Source: an uncultured Actinomycetes bacterium (GTDB lineage Bacteria > Actinomycetota > UBA4738 > JBBDTT01). From it: a stretch of DNA of 64,000 nucleotides. Within the stretch, counting starts at the first letter, position 1. Every line of letters begins with the position of its first letter. Under the pieces are notes generated by a model. The model had not been told where the DNA came from, searched no databases, and saw only the letters and a program-made list of their open reading frames with translations. The stretch lies in NCBI GenBank assembly GCA_963742735.1, contig CAVUMN010000003.1, positions 384,001-448,000 of the forward strand, read 5' to 3'. A program made the position numbers and the translations under genes. Positions 9,435-19,383 of the stretch are shown one piece after another.

Positions 9435-10297
9435 TCGTTGGGCTCGGGGCCTCGCTGGTTCCGCAGGAACCGTTCGAGCTCGCGGGCGAGCTCGTCACCG
9501 CTGGGGATGTCCGTGATGCCCTCGCCCACCTCGTCGGATGCGGACTCGAGCCGCTGCACGTACTCGGTCAGCTCGCCGTTCTCCGCGACGATGCCGTCGA
9601 TCCGCTCGGTCCATTCGTCGACCGCCTGGGTCAGCTCCTCGGTGGGCACGACGACGTCGACCAGCATCGACAGGCGTTCCACCAGCGCGAGCGCGGCCTT
9701 CGGGTTCGGTCCGCTCGGCAGGTAGTGCGGGACCGCGGCCCACAGGCTGATCGAGGGGAGTCCGGCGCGGTTCGACGCGTCGTGCAGGACTCCGACGACG
9801 CCGGTGGGGCCCTCGTAGCGCGACGCCGACATCCCCAGGTCCTCCGCCTCGGCGGCGGTCGGCGCCGAGCCGGTGACCCGGATCGGACGAGAGTGGGGGA
9901 GGTCCGCGAGGAACCCACCAAGCGTCACGAGCCGGTGGACGCCGAGGTCCTGACCGAGGCCGACGATCGCCTCGGTGAACGTCCGCCACCGCACGCTCGG
10001 CTCCAGGCCGAGGAACAGGACGACGTCGCGCTCGGGAAGCGACGCGTGGAAGAACTCGGCGCCCGGCCAGTCGATGCGCCGCGTGATCCCGTCCACCAGG
10101 CGCACCGTCGGGCGGTTGACCTGGAAGTCGTAAAACTCCTCGGGGTCGATCCACGCGAACCGCTTCGCGCCCCATCGTTCCCGGAGGAACGAGACGGCCC
10201 CGCTGGCCGATTCGCCCGCGTCGTTCCAGCCGCTGAAGGCGACCACCAGCACCGGCCGGCGCAGCTGGGGACGGTCCTCGAAGACGATGGGGTCCAT
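9431..10297 (-). CDS. PAC2-family (proteasome assembly chaperone-like) protein
   Basis: AFSGWNDAGESA, DPEEFYDFQVNRP, YEGPTGVVG, WAAVPHY, PNPKA. Confidence 0.9.
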   Translation of the reverse strand: MDPIVFEDRPQLRRPVLVVAFSGWNDAGESASGAVSFLRERWGAKRFAWIDPEEFYDFQVNRPTVRLVDGITRRIDWPGAEFFHASLPERDVVLFLGLEPSVRWRTFTEAIVGLGQDLGVHRLVTLGGFLADLPHSRPIRVTGSAPTAAEAEDLGMSASRYEGPTGVVGVLHDASNRAGLPSISLWAAVPHYLPSGPNPKAALALVERLSMLVDVVVPTEELTQAVDEWTERIDGIVAENGELTEYVQRLESASDEVGEGITDIPSGDELARELERFLRNQRGPEPNE

Positions 10298-10361
10298 CGA
10301 CCAAGCTTCCCACCTCCTCCCCGTGTCGCCAATAGAGGGCGGGCGGGCGAGAATCGCGGCG

Positions 10362-10793
10362 ATGCGAACCCGGGACGCACGCCTGCGCGCGCTGGTCTAC
10401 GGCCTGGTCGTCGCCGGGCTTGCCGCCGTCGGCGTCCTCGCGTGGGACCGCTACGGCCAGATCGTCGTGGTCCTCGCGGTGCTGCTGGCGTTGCTCTGGC
10501 CACTGCGACGGGAGCCGGGGTCGTTCTGGCCGCTGGCCGCCGGCGCCGTCGTGCTCACCGTCGCCTACCTGCTCCTCGCCCCCGCGAACTGCACGACCGG
10601 CGCGATCAAGCCCGTCGGCGGGGACCAGGTGCCGGGACGGTTCTGCGAGAGCCTGGCCGGCGTGGACTACGAACGCGAGGGAACCGAGGACCCCAGCCCG
10701 CTGCCGGCGTTCGGGGCCTCGCTCGCGGCCGGACTGATCGTCGCGGCGGGCGCCCGCGCCGCGTTCCGGCGTTGGGGAGATGCGGCCGAATGA
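10362..10793 (+). CDS. Hypothetical membrane protein
   Basis: About four hydrophobic segments with a two-Cys loop; ATGA overlap with the next gene. Confidence 0.6.
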   Translation: MRTRDARLRALVYGLVVAGLAAVGVLAWDRYGQIVVVLAVLLALLWPLRREPGSFWPLAAGAVVLTVAYLLLAPANCTTGAIKPVGGDQVPGRFCESLAGVDYEREGTEDPSPLPAFGASLAAGLIVAAGARAAFRRWGDAAE

Positions 10794-11929
10794 AGATCAC
10801 CGGCATCCGAGTCCAGCTGTGCCACTTCCCGCTCGAGGCGCCCTTCACCCCGTCGTGGATCCCCGGGTTTCCGATGTCGATGAACTCCTGTGCGCTCTAC
10901 CGGCTGCAGACCGACGAGGGCCACGAGGGCATCGCCGCCGGCGTCGCGTTCGCCGACGAGGCCCGCGGGCCTGTGAACCTGCTCCGCGCGTTCCTGATCG
11001 GCAAGGACCCCGACACGGAGTTCGACGACGTCTTCAAGATCCTGCGTTCCTCCACTCGGGTGCTCGGCATCCGGTCGTGGCACGTGGAGCTCGCGCTGTG
11101 GGACCTGATCGGCAAGGCCCGCGGCGAGCCGGTCTATCGGGTGCTGGGCGGCGACCGCGACCGCGTCCGCGCCTACTGCTCGACCGGCGAGCTCCGCTCG
11201 CCCGAGGAGAACGCCGAGCGGGCCGTGGCGCGCCGGGACGAGGGCTTCGCCGGGATCAAGCTACGCGTGCGGTTCCCCACGATCGAGGAGGACGTCGCGG
11301 TGGTGCGCGCCGTCCGCGAGGCCGTCGGGCCCGAGATGGCCCTGATGGTCGACGCGAACCAGGGGTGGCGCGTCCACGGCTTCGGGCCGTATCCCGAATG
11401 GGACCTCGAGCGGGCGACCGCCTTCGCCGCGGCCGTCGAGCCCTTCGGCCTGACCTGGCTGGAGGAGCCGCTGGACCAGCACGCGTACACCGAGTACGCG
11501 GAGCTCCGATCACGGACGAGCGTTCCGCTCGCCGCGGGGGAGATGCTCTCCGATTACACCGGATTCGAGGAGCTGATCCGCCACGGCAGCGTGGACATCC
11601 TTCAGCCCGACGCGGTCCTGTCGGGCGGAATCCGGCTGGGGCGCGACGTCGCGCGCATGGCCGAGGAGGCCGGGCTCGGGTTCGCGCCGCACACGTGGAC
11701 CAACGGCGTCGGCCTGGCCGCAAACCTGCACGTCATGGCGGCGAGCCCGAACTGCGAGTGGGCCGAGTTCCCGTTCGATCCCCCGGGCTGGGTGCCGGAG
11801 GGCCGTGACGCGATGCTTGCCGAGCCGTACCGGCTCGACCCGGAGGGCTTCGTCCGGATCCCCGACCGGCCGGGCCTGGGGATCGAGCTCGACGAGGACC
11901 GCATCGCCGCCCACTCCGAGGAGCTGTAG
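10790..11929 (+). CDS. Mandelate racemase/muconate lactonizing enzyme (enolase superfamily)
   Basis: LWDLIGKARGEPVY, LMVDANQ, WLEEP, AAGE, ILQPD, APHTW, PGLGIELD. Confidence 0.9.
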   Translation: MKITGIRVQLCHFPLEAPFTPSWIPGFPMSMNSCALYRLQTDEGHEGIAAGVAFADEARGPVNLLRAFLIGKDPDTEFDDVFKILRSSTRVLGIRSWHVELALWDLIGKARGEPVYRVLGGDRDRVRAYCSTGELRSPEENAERAVARRDEGFAGIKLRVRFPTIEEDVAVVRAVREAVGPEMALMVDANQGWRVHGFGPYPEWDLERATAFAAAVEPFGLTWLEEPLDQHAYTEYAELRSRTSVPLAAGEMLSDYTGFEELIRHGSVDILQPDAVLSGGIRLGRDVARMAEEAGLGFAPHTWTNGVGLAANLHVMAASPNCEWAEFPFDPPGWVPEGRDAMLAEPYRLDPEGFVRIPDRPGLGIELDEDRIAAHSEEL

Positions 11930-12409
11930 ATGGCGCAGACCCCGAAGAAGCCGCGGCGGCCGCGCGACGAGCTCGGCCGCCCCAAGCCGTGGGACGCCGA
12001 GAACGAGCTCGACCTCGAGGACTTCGACTCCCTGACGCCGAAGGAGAACCACCGGCTGGGGCGGGAGCACTTCAATGCCGGCAGGTTCTTCCCCGCCCAC
12101 GAGGCATGGGAGACCGTGTGGAAGCAGCGAAAGGGCGAACCCGACGAGGAGCTGTTCAAGGGTCTCTCGCAGCTCGGCGCGGGCTACGTCCATCTGCACC
12201 GCGGCAACGCCCACGGCGCGAAGACGCTCCTGCGCCGAGGCGCCCGCCGGATCGCCCGCTATCCGAAGGGGACCGAGGGCGTCGACACGGAGACGGTCGC
12301 GCGGATAGCCCTCGAGCACGCCGAGGAGATCGAGGGGGAGGCCGCCGGTCAAGGCACGGACGCCCGGGGGATCGTCGATCCTTCCCGGATCACCCCGCCG
12401 AAGATCTGA
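11930..12409 (+). CDS. DUF309-family protein
   Basis: RPRDELGRP, FNAGRFFPAHEAWE, KGLSQL, RGNAHGA. Confidence 0.85.
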   Translation: MAQTPKKPRRPRDELGRPKPWDAENELDLEDFDSLTPKENHRLGREHFNAGRFFPAHEAWETVWKQRKGEPDEELFKGLSQLGAGYVHLHRGNAHGAKTLLRRGARRIARYPKGTEGVDTETVARIALEHAEEIEGEAAGQGTDARGIVDPSRITPPKI

Positions 12410-12861
12410 TGGCCCTCGAGTGGCGCCGCGGCGACTACGTCATCTCGACCGACCCCGGCAGGCTGGACCTGAGGGTGATCCATCGCTTCCTCACCGAGGA
12501 CTCCTACTGGGCCGCCGGCGTGACCCTGGATCGCGTCCGCCTCTCCATCGAGCATTCCCTGCCCTTCGGGCTCTACCTGGGCGGGGAACAGGCCGGCTTC
12601 GCCCGGGTGGTAACGGACTACACGGTCTTCGGCTGGCTGTGCGACGTGTTCGTGCTGGAGGCCCATCGCGGCCGGGGTCTCGGCGTGTGGCTGGTCGAGA
12701 CGGCGCTGACGCACCCGGAGCTCCAGGACCTCCGTCAGTGGCTCCTGGGCACGGCCGACGCGCACGGGCTGTACGCGCGGTTCGGCTTCGAGCCGCCCGA
12801 CTTCCCTCAGCGATACATGCGCCGCCGGAGGTCCGAGGACGAGATCAACGCCCCGCGTTGA
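12409..12861 (+). CDS. GNAT acetyltransferase
   Basis: SYWA, GFARVVTD, DVFVLEAHRGRGLG, DAHGLYARFGF. Confidence 0.9.
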   Translation: MALEWRRGDYVISTDPGRLDLRVIHRFLTEDSYWAAGVTLDRVRLSIEHSLPFGLYLGGEQAGFARVVTDYTVFGWLCDVFVLEAHRGRGLGVWLVETALTHPELQDLRQWLLGTADAHGLYARFGFEPPDFPQRYMRRRRSEDEINAPR

Positions 12862-12923
12862 AGCCGGGTGATTCGGGTATCCTCCGCGGGCACTCTGGTT
12901 ACCGAAAGGTAGGTTAGACGCGA

Positions 12924-13694
12924 ATGAACGTAGTGGTCCTGTCCAAGTTCGTGCCGAACCCGGAGGGTGTGCCGGAGCTCGGCGACGACTTTCTGATCAA
13001 GCGCGAAGGGGTGGAGGGCGCGCTCGACCCGGGCGACGAGTTCGGCGTCGAGGCCGGCCTGCAGCTCGCCGACGCCTCTGGCGGCGAGGTCACCGTCATC
13101 TCCATGGGGCCCGAGGCCGGCGCGACGCAGGCCATCCGCAAGGCCCTGTCGATGGGCGCCGCGAAGGGCGTGCTGATCGTCGATCCACAGCTGAAGGGCT
13201 CCGACGCGCTCGTCACCGCCAGGGTACTGGCCGCCGCGATCAAGAAGCAGGAGTTCGACGTGGTGATCGCCGGCGTCGAGTCGACCGACGGATACACGGG
13301 AACGCTGCCGATGACGATCGCCGAGCTCCTCGGACTCCCGGCGCTCTCGTTCGCGAAGCACATCGAGCAGGCCGACGGGAAGCTGACCATCCAGCGCCAG
13401 ACCGAGACCGGCTACGACGTCGTCGAGTGCCCGACCCCCGCCGTGATCACGGTCACCGCCGGGGCCAACTCGCCGCGGTACCCGACCCTCAAGGGGATCA
13501 TGCAGGCGAAGTCCAAGCCGGTCGACCAGCTCGACGTGGGGGGCCTGGGACTCTCGGGGGACGACATCGCGCCGACCCAGACCGTCGAGGCGGTGAACCC
13601 CGCGCCCGAGAAGGCCGCGGGTGAGGTCATCGAGGACGACGGCACCGCCGCGAAGCGGATCGCCGACCTCCTCTCGGAAGCGAAGGTGATCTGA
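12924..13694 (+). CDS. etfB: Electron transfer flavoprotein beta subunit
   Basis: KFVP, ISMGP, KALSMGA, GSDALVTA, STDG, PRYPTLKGIMQAKSKP. Confidence 0.95.
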   Translation: MNVVVLSKFVPNPEGVPELGDDFLIKREGVEGALDPGDEFGVEAGLQLADASGGEVTVISMGPEAGATQAIRKALSMGAAKGVLIVDPQLKGSDALVTARVLAAAIKKQEFDVVIAGVESTDGYTGTLPMTIAELLGLPALSFAKHIEQADGKLTIQRQTETGYDVVECPTPAVITVTAGANSPRYPTLKGIMQAKSKPVDQLDVGGLGLSGDDIAPTQTVEAVNPAPEKAAGEVIEDDGTAAKRIADLLSEAKVI

Positions 13695-14660
13695 GTGGCC
13701 AAGGTGTGGGTGTACGCCGACGTGGGCGAGGGCGGCACCGTGAACTCCGGCGCGCTCGAGCTCCTCACCAAGGCGCGGTCGATGGACGGCGCCGAGGTCT
13801 CGGCCGTGGCCCTGGGCCCCGGCGCCACCGAGGCCGCAGCCAAGCTCGGCGAGCACGGGGCGACCGCCGTCTACGCGAGCGACGACGCGGTCTACGCGGA
13901 CCACCTGGCGCAGCCGGCGGCGCACGCGCTGCACGGCCTGATCCAGGAGCATCAGCCGAACCTGATCCTGTTCGGGCTGACGTACCCCTCACGCGACGTG
14001 GCCGGACGCCTCCAGGCGATGACCGGATCCACGCTGATGAGCAACGCCACGGACCTGGTGGACGCCGCCAAGGCCCAGACCCAGATCTTCGGCGGCACCA
14101 GGATCGTCGACGTCGCCCTGGGCGGTCCCGACCCCAAGCTGGTGCTCTTCCGGCCGAAGTCGTTCGCGGCCGAGCCGAGCGGGGGGACGGCCGAGGTGGT
14201 GCCCGTGAACGCCGAGATCGGCGACGACCTCAAGAAAGCGACGCGCACCGAACGGCACGAGGAGGCGGCGACGGGGCCGAAGCTCGAGGACGCCGTGGTC
14301 GTCATCTCCGGGGGCCGGGGGCTCCAGGAGGCCGGCAACTTCAAGCTCCTGGACGACCTGGCCGCGCTGATCGCCAAGTCCGCCGTGGGGGCGACGCGCG
14401 CGGTGGTGGACTCCGGGTGGGTGCCGTACTCCTACCAGGTGGGCCAGACCGGCAAGACCGTGAAGCCCGGCGTCTACATCGCGGTGGGCATCTCCGGCGC
14501 GACCCAGCACCTGGTCGGGATGAAGGAGTCCAAGCGGATCATCGCGATCAACAAGGACCCCGAGGCCCCGATCTTCAAGCTGGCCGACCTCGGCGTGGTC
14601 GGCGACGCGCTGAAAGTGATCCCCGCGCTGACCGAGGAGATCAAGTCCCGGAAGGGATGA
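13695..14660 (+). CDS. etfA: Electron transfer flavoprotein alpha subunit
   Basis: [45 protein letters not shown]. Confidence 0.95.
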   Translation: MAKVWVYADVGEGGTVNSGALELLTKARSMDGAEVSAVALGPGATEAAAKLGEHGATAVYASDDAVYADHLAQPAAHALHGLIQEHQPNLILFGLTYPSRDVAGRLQAMTGSTLMSNATDLVDAAKAQTQIFGGTRIVDVALGGPDPKLVLFRPKSFAAEPSGGTAEVVPVNAEIGDDLKKATRTERHEEAATGPKLEDAVVVISGGRGLQEAGNFKLLDDLAALIAKSAVGATRAVVDSGWVPYSYQVGQTGKTVKPGVYIAVGISGATQHLVGMKESKRIIAINKDPEAPIFKLADLGVVGDALKVIPALTEEIKSRKG

Positions 14661-14663
14661 CGC

Positions 14664-15266
14664 TCAGGGAAGCTTCGGCTCGTGGCCGGGGCAGACCAGC
14701 TCGACGGCCAGCCGGATCGCCAGGTCGGCGTCCGACGCGCTGACGCTGGTGAACGGGAGCCGCGAGACCTTCTCCATCACCGACGAGCGGATCGCGGAGT
14801 AGCTCGTCCCGTCGTCGAAGGCGTCGCAGATGTCGCCGGCGAAGTCGCGGGCCTGCGCCTCGGTGGGCCGGTAGAGGGGGATCCGCGCCTGGATCTGCCG
14901 GATCGCGCCCGCGACCTCGGCGCTGGAGGGGTTTCTCCGCGGGACGGTCTTCGAGACCGCCTGCGGTGAGGGAGAAGCCTTCGGCTTCGTCGGGCTGGTC
15001 GTGGGGCCGGTCGAACCGCCGCCGTCGCCGTCGTCGCCGTCGTGGGCGTCCTCGGTGGCCTCGGGAGCGGTCGTCTTCGTGCCGGCGCGCGGCGAGGCCG
15101 TCTTGACGCGGGACGTCGGCGAGGCCGCGGGGGACGTCGCGGTGTCCTGCGGGGCCTCGTACACGGGAGGGGCGCTCCCCGGGTCTGCGGCAGGGGCGCC
15201 GCCGCAGGCCGCGAGGAGCAGGGACGAGAGGGCGAGAGCCGTCGCGGCGATCCGGCGGGTACGCAT
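14664..15266 (-). CDS. Putative lipoprotein with Pro/Thr linker and DUF732-like two-Cys C-terminal domain
   Basis: Lipobox LLLAAC, low-complexity linker, ICDAF...LVCP. Confidence 0.6.
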   Translation of the reverse strand: MRTRRIAATALALSSLLLAACGGAPAADPGSAPPVYEAPQDTATSPAASPTSRVKTASPRAGTKTTAPEATEDAHDGDDGDGGGSTGPTTSPTKPKASPSPQAVSKTVPRRNPSSAEVAGAIRQIQARIPLYRPTEAQARDFAGDICDAFDDGTSYSAIRSSVMEKVSRLPFTSVSASDADLAIRLAVELVCPGHEPKLP

Positions 15267-15390
15267 ACGCCTCTATCGACCGGGTCCGGGGGGGTCTGAA
15301 GCGGAATCGCGCCAATTCGTCCCCGCCCCACCTTTTCACGCCGCCGCGACGGCGGGCGTTTTCCGCCACGTGCAGCAGAATGGATCTCGG

Positions 15391-16362
15391 ATGACGAACT
15401 CGGCGAGCGGGCGGAAGCTGTGGCTCGCCCTCGGGACCGTCTACGTCATCTGGGGCTCCACGTACCTCGCGATCCGCGTCGCGGTTCGCACCCTCCCGCC
15501 GTTCCTCATGGCGGGGGTCCGGTTCCTGGTGGCCGGCGGCGTGCTCTACCTCTTCGCGTTCCGCCGCGGGGACGCCGGGAACGACCGGATCGGATGGCCC
15601 CAGTGGCGCGCGGCGGCCGTCGTGGGCGGCCTGTTGCTGCTGGGCGGCAACGGCGGCGTCGTGTGGGCCGAGCAGCGGGTGGACTCTGGCGTGGCGGCCC
15701 TGATCGTTGCCACGGTCCCCATCTGGATGGCGCTGTTCGCCGCCCGCCGCGCGGACGAGCGGGTGCGCCTGAAGGCCGCCGCCGGGCTGATCCTGGGGTT
15801 CGCGGGCACCATCCTGCTGGTCCGGCCCTGGGGCGCGGGCGGAGAGTCCGTCGACCTCGCGAGCGCCGGCGTGCTGGTGCTGGCCTCGATCTCCTGGGCC
15901 TTCGGGTCGGTGGCCGCGCCGTCGCTCAGGCTGCCGAAACGCCCGCTGGTGGCCACCGCGCTGGAGATGATCGCCGGCGGGGCGCTGCTCACGCTCGCCG
16001 GGATCGCCCGGGGCGAGGTCGCGCAGGTCCGATTCGAGGCCTTTTCGGCCGAATCGCTCCTGGCGCTCGCCTACCTGATCGTGGCGGGCTCCCTGGCGGG
16101 GTTCACGGCCTACTCCTGGCTGCTGCACAACACAACCGCGCAGATCGCCTCGACGTATGCCTACGTGAACCCGATGATCGCGGTCGTGCTCGGCTGGGCC
16201 ATCCTGGACGAGCGCCTCACGGGAACAACGATCCTGGCGGCCGCGTTGATCATTGGGGCGGTGGCGCTTATCGTGCGTACGTCGGATCGGCGGCGCGGCG
16301 AGACCGTGCTGCCCGCCCCAGTGGAGGCGCCGGCGGTCGCGGAGGATCGCGGGGGCGGTTAG
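15391..16362 (+). CDS. EamA/DMT-family transporter (YedA-like)
   Basis: [36 protein letters not shown]; about 10 TM segments. Confidence 0.92.
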   Translation: MTNSASGRKLWLALGTVYVIWGSTYLAIRVAVRTLPPFLMAGVRFLVAGGVLYLFAFRRGDAGNDRIGWPQWRAAAVVGGLLLLGGNGGVVWAEQRVDSGVAALIVATVPIWMALFAARRADERVRLKAAAGLILGFAGTILLVRPWGAGGESVDLASAGVLVLASISWAFGSVAAPSLRLPKRPLVATALEMIAGGALLTLAGIARGEVAQVRFEAFSAESLLALAYLIVAGSLAGFTAYSWLLHNTTAQIASTYAYVNPMIAVVLGWAILDERLTGTTILAAALIIGAVALIVRTSDRRRGETVLPAPVEAPAVAEDRGGG

Positions 16363-16468
16363 GCCCGCGAGGCCCTGGGAAAGTCCCACGAAGAGCCCCC
16401 TTCGGGGTTGCTCGACGGCCGCGCCATCCCGTAGCACCATTGCAAGCGACGCGGAGACAGGGAGACGT

Positions 16469-17377
16469 GTGACCGAGACCACCGACGATTTCGGGCTGTA
16501 CCTCGAGACGGCCGTGAAGGAGCCCCTCCTCACCAAGGAGGAGGAGGTCGAGCTCGCCATGCTCATCGAGCACGGCGAGGAGGCCAAGGCCAAGCTCACC
16601 GGCGGCCGCCTGCGCTCCAAGGACAGCATCCGCAAGGCGAAGGACGCCGTCCGCAAGGGCGAGGCCGCCCGCCAGCGGTTCATCAAGGCCAACCTCCGGC
16701 TGGTCGTGTCCGTGGCCCGCAAGTACCAGGGCCAGGGCCTGCCGCTGCTGGACCTCGTCCAGGAGGGCAACGTCGGCCTCATGCGTGCGGTCGAGCTGTT
16801 CGACTGGCGCCGGGGCTTCAAGTTCTCGACGTACGCCACCTGGTGGATCCGCCAGGCCATCACCCGCGCGATCGCGGACCAGGGCCGCCAGATCCGCCTG
16901 CCCGTGCACGTCCACGACCAGGTCCGGCGCCTTCGCCGCACCTTCATCCAGCTGTCGCAGTCGCTCGGGCGCGACCCCAAGCCCGACGAGCTCGCCAAGG
17001 CCCTGGAGATCCCGGAGGAGGAGGTCGTCCGCCTGCTCGAGGCCGAGGGCCGCGAGCCGGTGTCCCTGCAGACGCCGGTGGGCGAGGAGACCGAGCTCGG
17101 CGAGCTGATCATCCAGGCCGACGAGCAGAGCCCCCTCGACCAGGTCGAGGACGCCATGCTCCGCGACGAGATGGCCGGTGCCGTCATGAGCACGCTCGAC
17201 CCGCGGGAGCGGCAGGTCATCGCGCTGCGCTACGGGCTGGGCGACGGCCATCCCATGAGCCTGCGCGAGGTGGGCCGCCGCCTGGGCATCTCCGGGGAGC
17301 GGGTTCGCCTGATCGAGCGCGAGGCGCTGCAGAAGCTCCGGAACTCCGAGGTCATCGCGGCGGCCGGCTGGGCCTAG
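16469..17377 (+). CDS. Sigma-70 family RpoD-like factor lacking region 1.1 (group 2-like)
   Basis: Region 1.2 [14 protein letters not shown]; region 2 [36 protein letters not shown]; region 4 [14 protein letters not shown]. Confidence 0.92.
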   Translation: MTETTDDFGLYLETAVKEPLLTKEEEVELAMLIEHGEEAKAKLTGGRLRSKDSIRKAKDAVRKGEAARQRFIKANLRLVVSVARKYQGQGLPLLDLVQEGNVGLMRAVELFDWRRGFKFSTYATWWIRQAITRAIADQGRQIRLPVHVHDQVRRLRRTFIQLSQSLGRDPKPDELAKALEIPEEEVVRLLEAEGREPVSLQTPVGEETELGELIIQADEQSPLDQVEDAMLRDEMAGAVMSTLDPRERQVIALRYGLGDGHPMSLREVGRRLGISGERVRLIEREALQKLRNSEVIAAAGWA

Positions 17378-18148
17378 ATGCTCGTCGTCCTCACGGGCGC
17401 CGACGGCACCATCGGCTCCGGGTTCCGTGAGGAATACCTGGCCAACTACGGCGACACGTACGACCTGCGCCTGGCCGTCCACGACGAAGTCTTCCGCGAC
17501 GAGCGTTTCGGCGACGTCGTTCCGTTCGATCTCGCCTCGATCGAGTCGGTCCGGGCCGCCTTCCGCGGCGCCGAGTGCGTGATCTCCCTCGCCGCGAACG
17601 CCGACTGGCAGGCCCCGTGGGAGGACCTCGTCGAGCCGAACCTCCTCGGGCAGATCAACGTGTTCGAGGCGGCCCGCCTGGAGGGAGTGCGCCGCGTCGT
17701 CTGGGCGAGCAGCGTCCACGCGATCATGGGGTACCCCGTGGACCGGCAGGTGCACGAGCACGACGCGCCCTGGGCCGACACGCCCTACGGCGCCACGAAG
17801 GCGTTCGGCGAGGCGCTGTGCGGTGCGTACGCGGCCGGCCGCGCGCTCTCGTGCATCGCCGTGCGGATCGGCGGCTACGTGCCGCCGTCGCGGTTGCACG
17901 AGCTCCATCACTCGAGGAACCCGCAGCTGCTCGACATCGCCATCACCCAGCGCGATATGGCCCAGCTGCTGCATCGCTGCGTGACGGCGCCGGAGTCCGT
18001 CCGGTTCGAGGTCCTGCACGCGCTCAGCGACAACCGGTACAAGCGGATGGACATCGCCCGCGCCCGTGAGGTCGTCGGTTACGCCCCCGAGGACGACGCC
18101 TTCCGGATCAGCGCCGAGATCGAGCTCGGGCCGGAGGAGAGGGTCTAG
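17378..18148 (+). CDS. NAD(P)-dependent epimerase/dehydrogenase (uronate dehydrogenase-like SDR)
   Basis: TGADGTIG, VVWASSVHA, YGATK, VRIG. Confidence 0.85.
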   Translation: MLVVLTGADGTIGSGFREEYLANYGDTYDLRLAVHDEVFRDERFGDVVPFDLASIESVRAAFRGAECVISLAANADWQAPWEDLVEPNLLGQINVFEAARLEGVRRVVWASSVHAIMGYPVDRQVHEHDAPWADTPYGATKAFGEALCGAYAAGRALSCIAVRIGGYVPPSRLHELHHSRNPQLLDIAITQRDMAQLLHRCVTAPESVRFEVLHALSDNRYKRMDIARAREVVGYAPEDDAFRISAEIELGPEERV

Positions 18149-18900
18149 AGCGCGGGGTCGCCCGTCACGTGCTCGACGAGCTCCTCCCTGCCCTCCTCGG
18201 GAGCCAGCTGGACCGCAAGGACGGGGCCTACGCCTTCGCAGTAGTACTTGTTCTCGATCACGTCCGGCTCGAGCGCGGTGGTGTCCTCGGTCTGCAGGCA
18301 CCCTTCGTACGAGCCGAACGGGACCTCCACGTGCTCGTCGAGGCTCAGGATCTTGCCGTTGTCCTCCGCCTCGCCCTCGTAGTACTCCTGCCGGTACTCG
18401 AGGCCGACCTGCGGATCTCCGGGGAGCAGCACGCCGGCCAGCGCGCCGTCCAGGCCGTGCTCCCAGGAGCCCTCGGTGCCGACCACCTCGCCGCCCTGGT
18501 ACTCCTTGGTGTCCTCGCCCAGGTACCAGAGGTTGCCGCTCACGTCCTGGGCGTACCAGTCGAAGGTGTCCTCGATCAGCTCGCCGCCCTGGGTGACCAC
18601 GTCGTGGACCACGGTCGCCGTGATCCCCTCGATCTCGCGGGTGTCCTGCGTGACCGTGACCACGATCCGCTGCCCGCCCTCCTCGTACACCCAGTTGTTG
18701 CCGGGAGTCATCGGCCAGAAGGGGTGGTCGATCCTGTCGACGAAATCGGCCGGGTCGAGCTCCACGGGATCGTCGCCCTGGGGGAGGGGGGACGCGGGGG
18801 ATGCGCGAGGGCTTTCGGAGTTCGGCGTTGGTTCGTCGCCGGAGCACGCCGTCGCCGCCAGCAGGACGACCAGGAGCGCGATGACGGACGGTCTGCGCAC
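18145..18900 (-). CDS. Hypothetical lipoprotein (acidic, beta-rich)
   Basis: Lipobox LAATAC; DWYAQD..GNLWYLGE, YRQEYY, KYYCEGVG. Confidence 0.7.
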   Translation of the reverse strand: MRRPSVIALLVVLLAATACSGDEPTPNSESPRASPASPLPQGDDPVELDPADFVDRIDHPFWPMTPGNNWVYEEGGQRIVVTVTQDTREIEGITATVVHDVVTQGGELIEDTFDWYAQDVSGNLWYLGEDTKEYQGGEVVGTEGSWEHGLDGALAGVLLPGDPQVGLEYRQEYYEGEAEDNGKILSLDEHVEVPFGSYEGCLQTEDTTALEPDVIENKYYCEGVGPVLAVQLAPEEGREELVEHVTGDPAL

Positions 18901-18945
18901 GGCTCGCCCAGCTTAGGTCGTCGGAACTCGGTACGCTGCGCGTCG

Positions 18946-19383
18946 ATGGCCGGGGACTCCGCCGTCGCCACGATCCGCGCCGCCGCCGAGGCGATCATTC
19001 CGACGACTGCGGATGGGCCCGGGGCGGCGGAGCTCGGCGTCGAGCGTCACGTCGTCGAACAGATTGAGGCGACGTTCCCGGGGATGGTGGACCTCCTCGA
19101 GGTGCTGTTGAACGCGTTCGCCGCCGACGTCGTCCCCGGCGCGGGGTTCGGCGACCTCTCGATCGAGGACCGCCAGCAGGTGCTGCGGATCATGTCCTCG
19201 GACGAGAGCCAGGACGTCGTGGAGTGCGTGGACGCGCTGCTGGTCTTCACCTACGGCGGCGTGTACTCGGAGTGGACCGGATACGACCGGGCCACCGGAC
19301 GGCTGGACCCCCCGGCGGCGTGGGCCGAGGTCGGGTACCCGGGCCCGTCGCGGGGTCATCCGGAGTACCGGAGGGACGCGTGA
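18946..19383 (+). CDS. Gluconate 2-dehydrogenase subunit 3-like small subunit
   Basis: EAIIP..GPGAAELGV, FGDLS..RQQVL, W..VGYPGP; GTGA overlap with GMC gene. Confidence 0.7.
   Translation: MAGDSAVATIRAAAEAIIPTTADGPGAAELGVERHVVEQIEATFPGMVDLLEVLLNAFAADVVPGAGFGDLSIEDRQQVLRIMSSDESQDVVECVDALLVFTYGGVYSEWTGYDRATGRLDPPAAWAEVGYPGPSRGHPEYRRDA

Noticed and set aside
16393-16413. cUUCGg hairpin between eamA and the sigma gene as a riboswitch or ncRNA
   Set aside because: A single short stem with no recognisable aptamer consensus; at most a terminator-like element.
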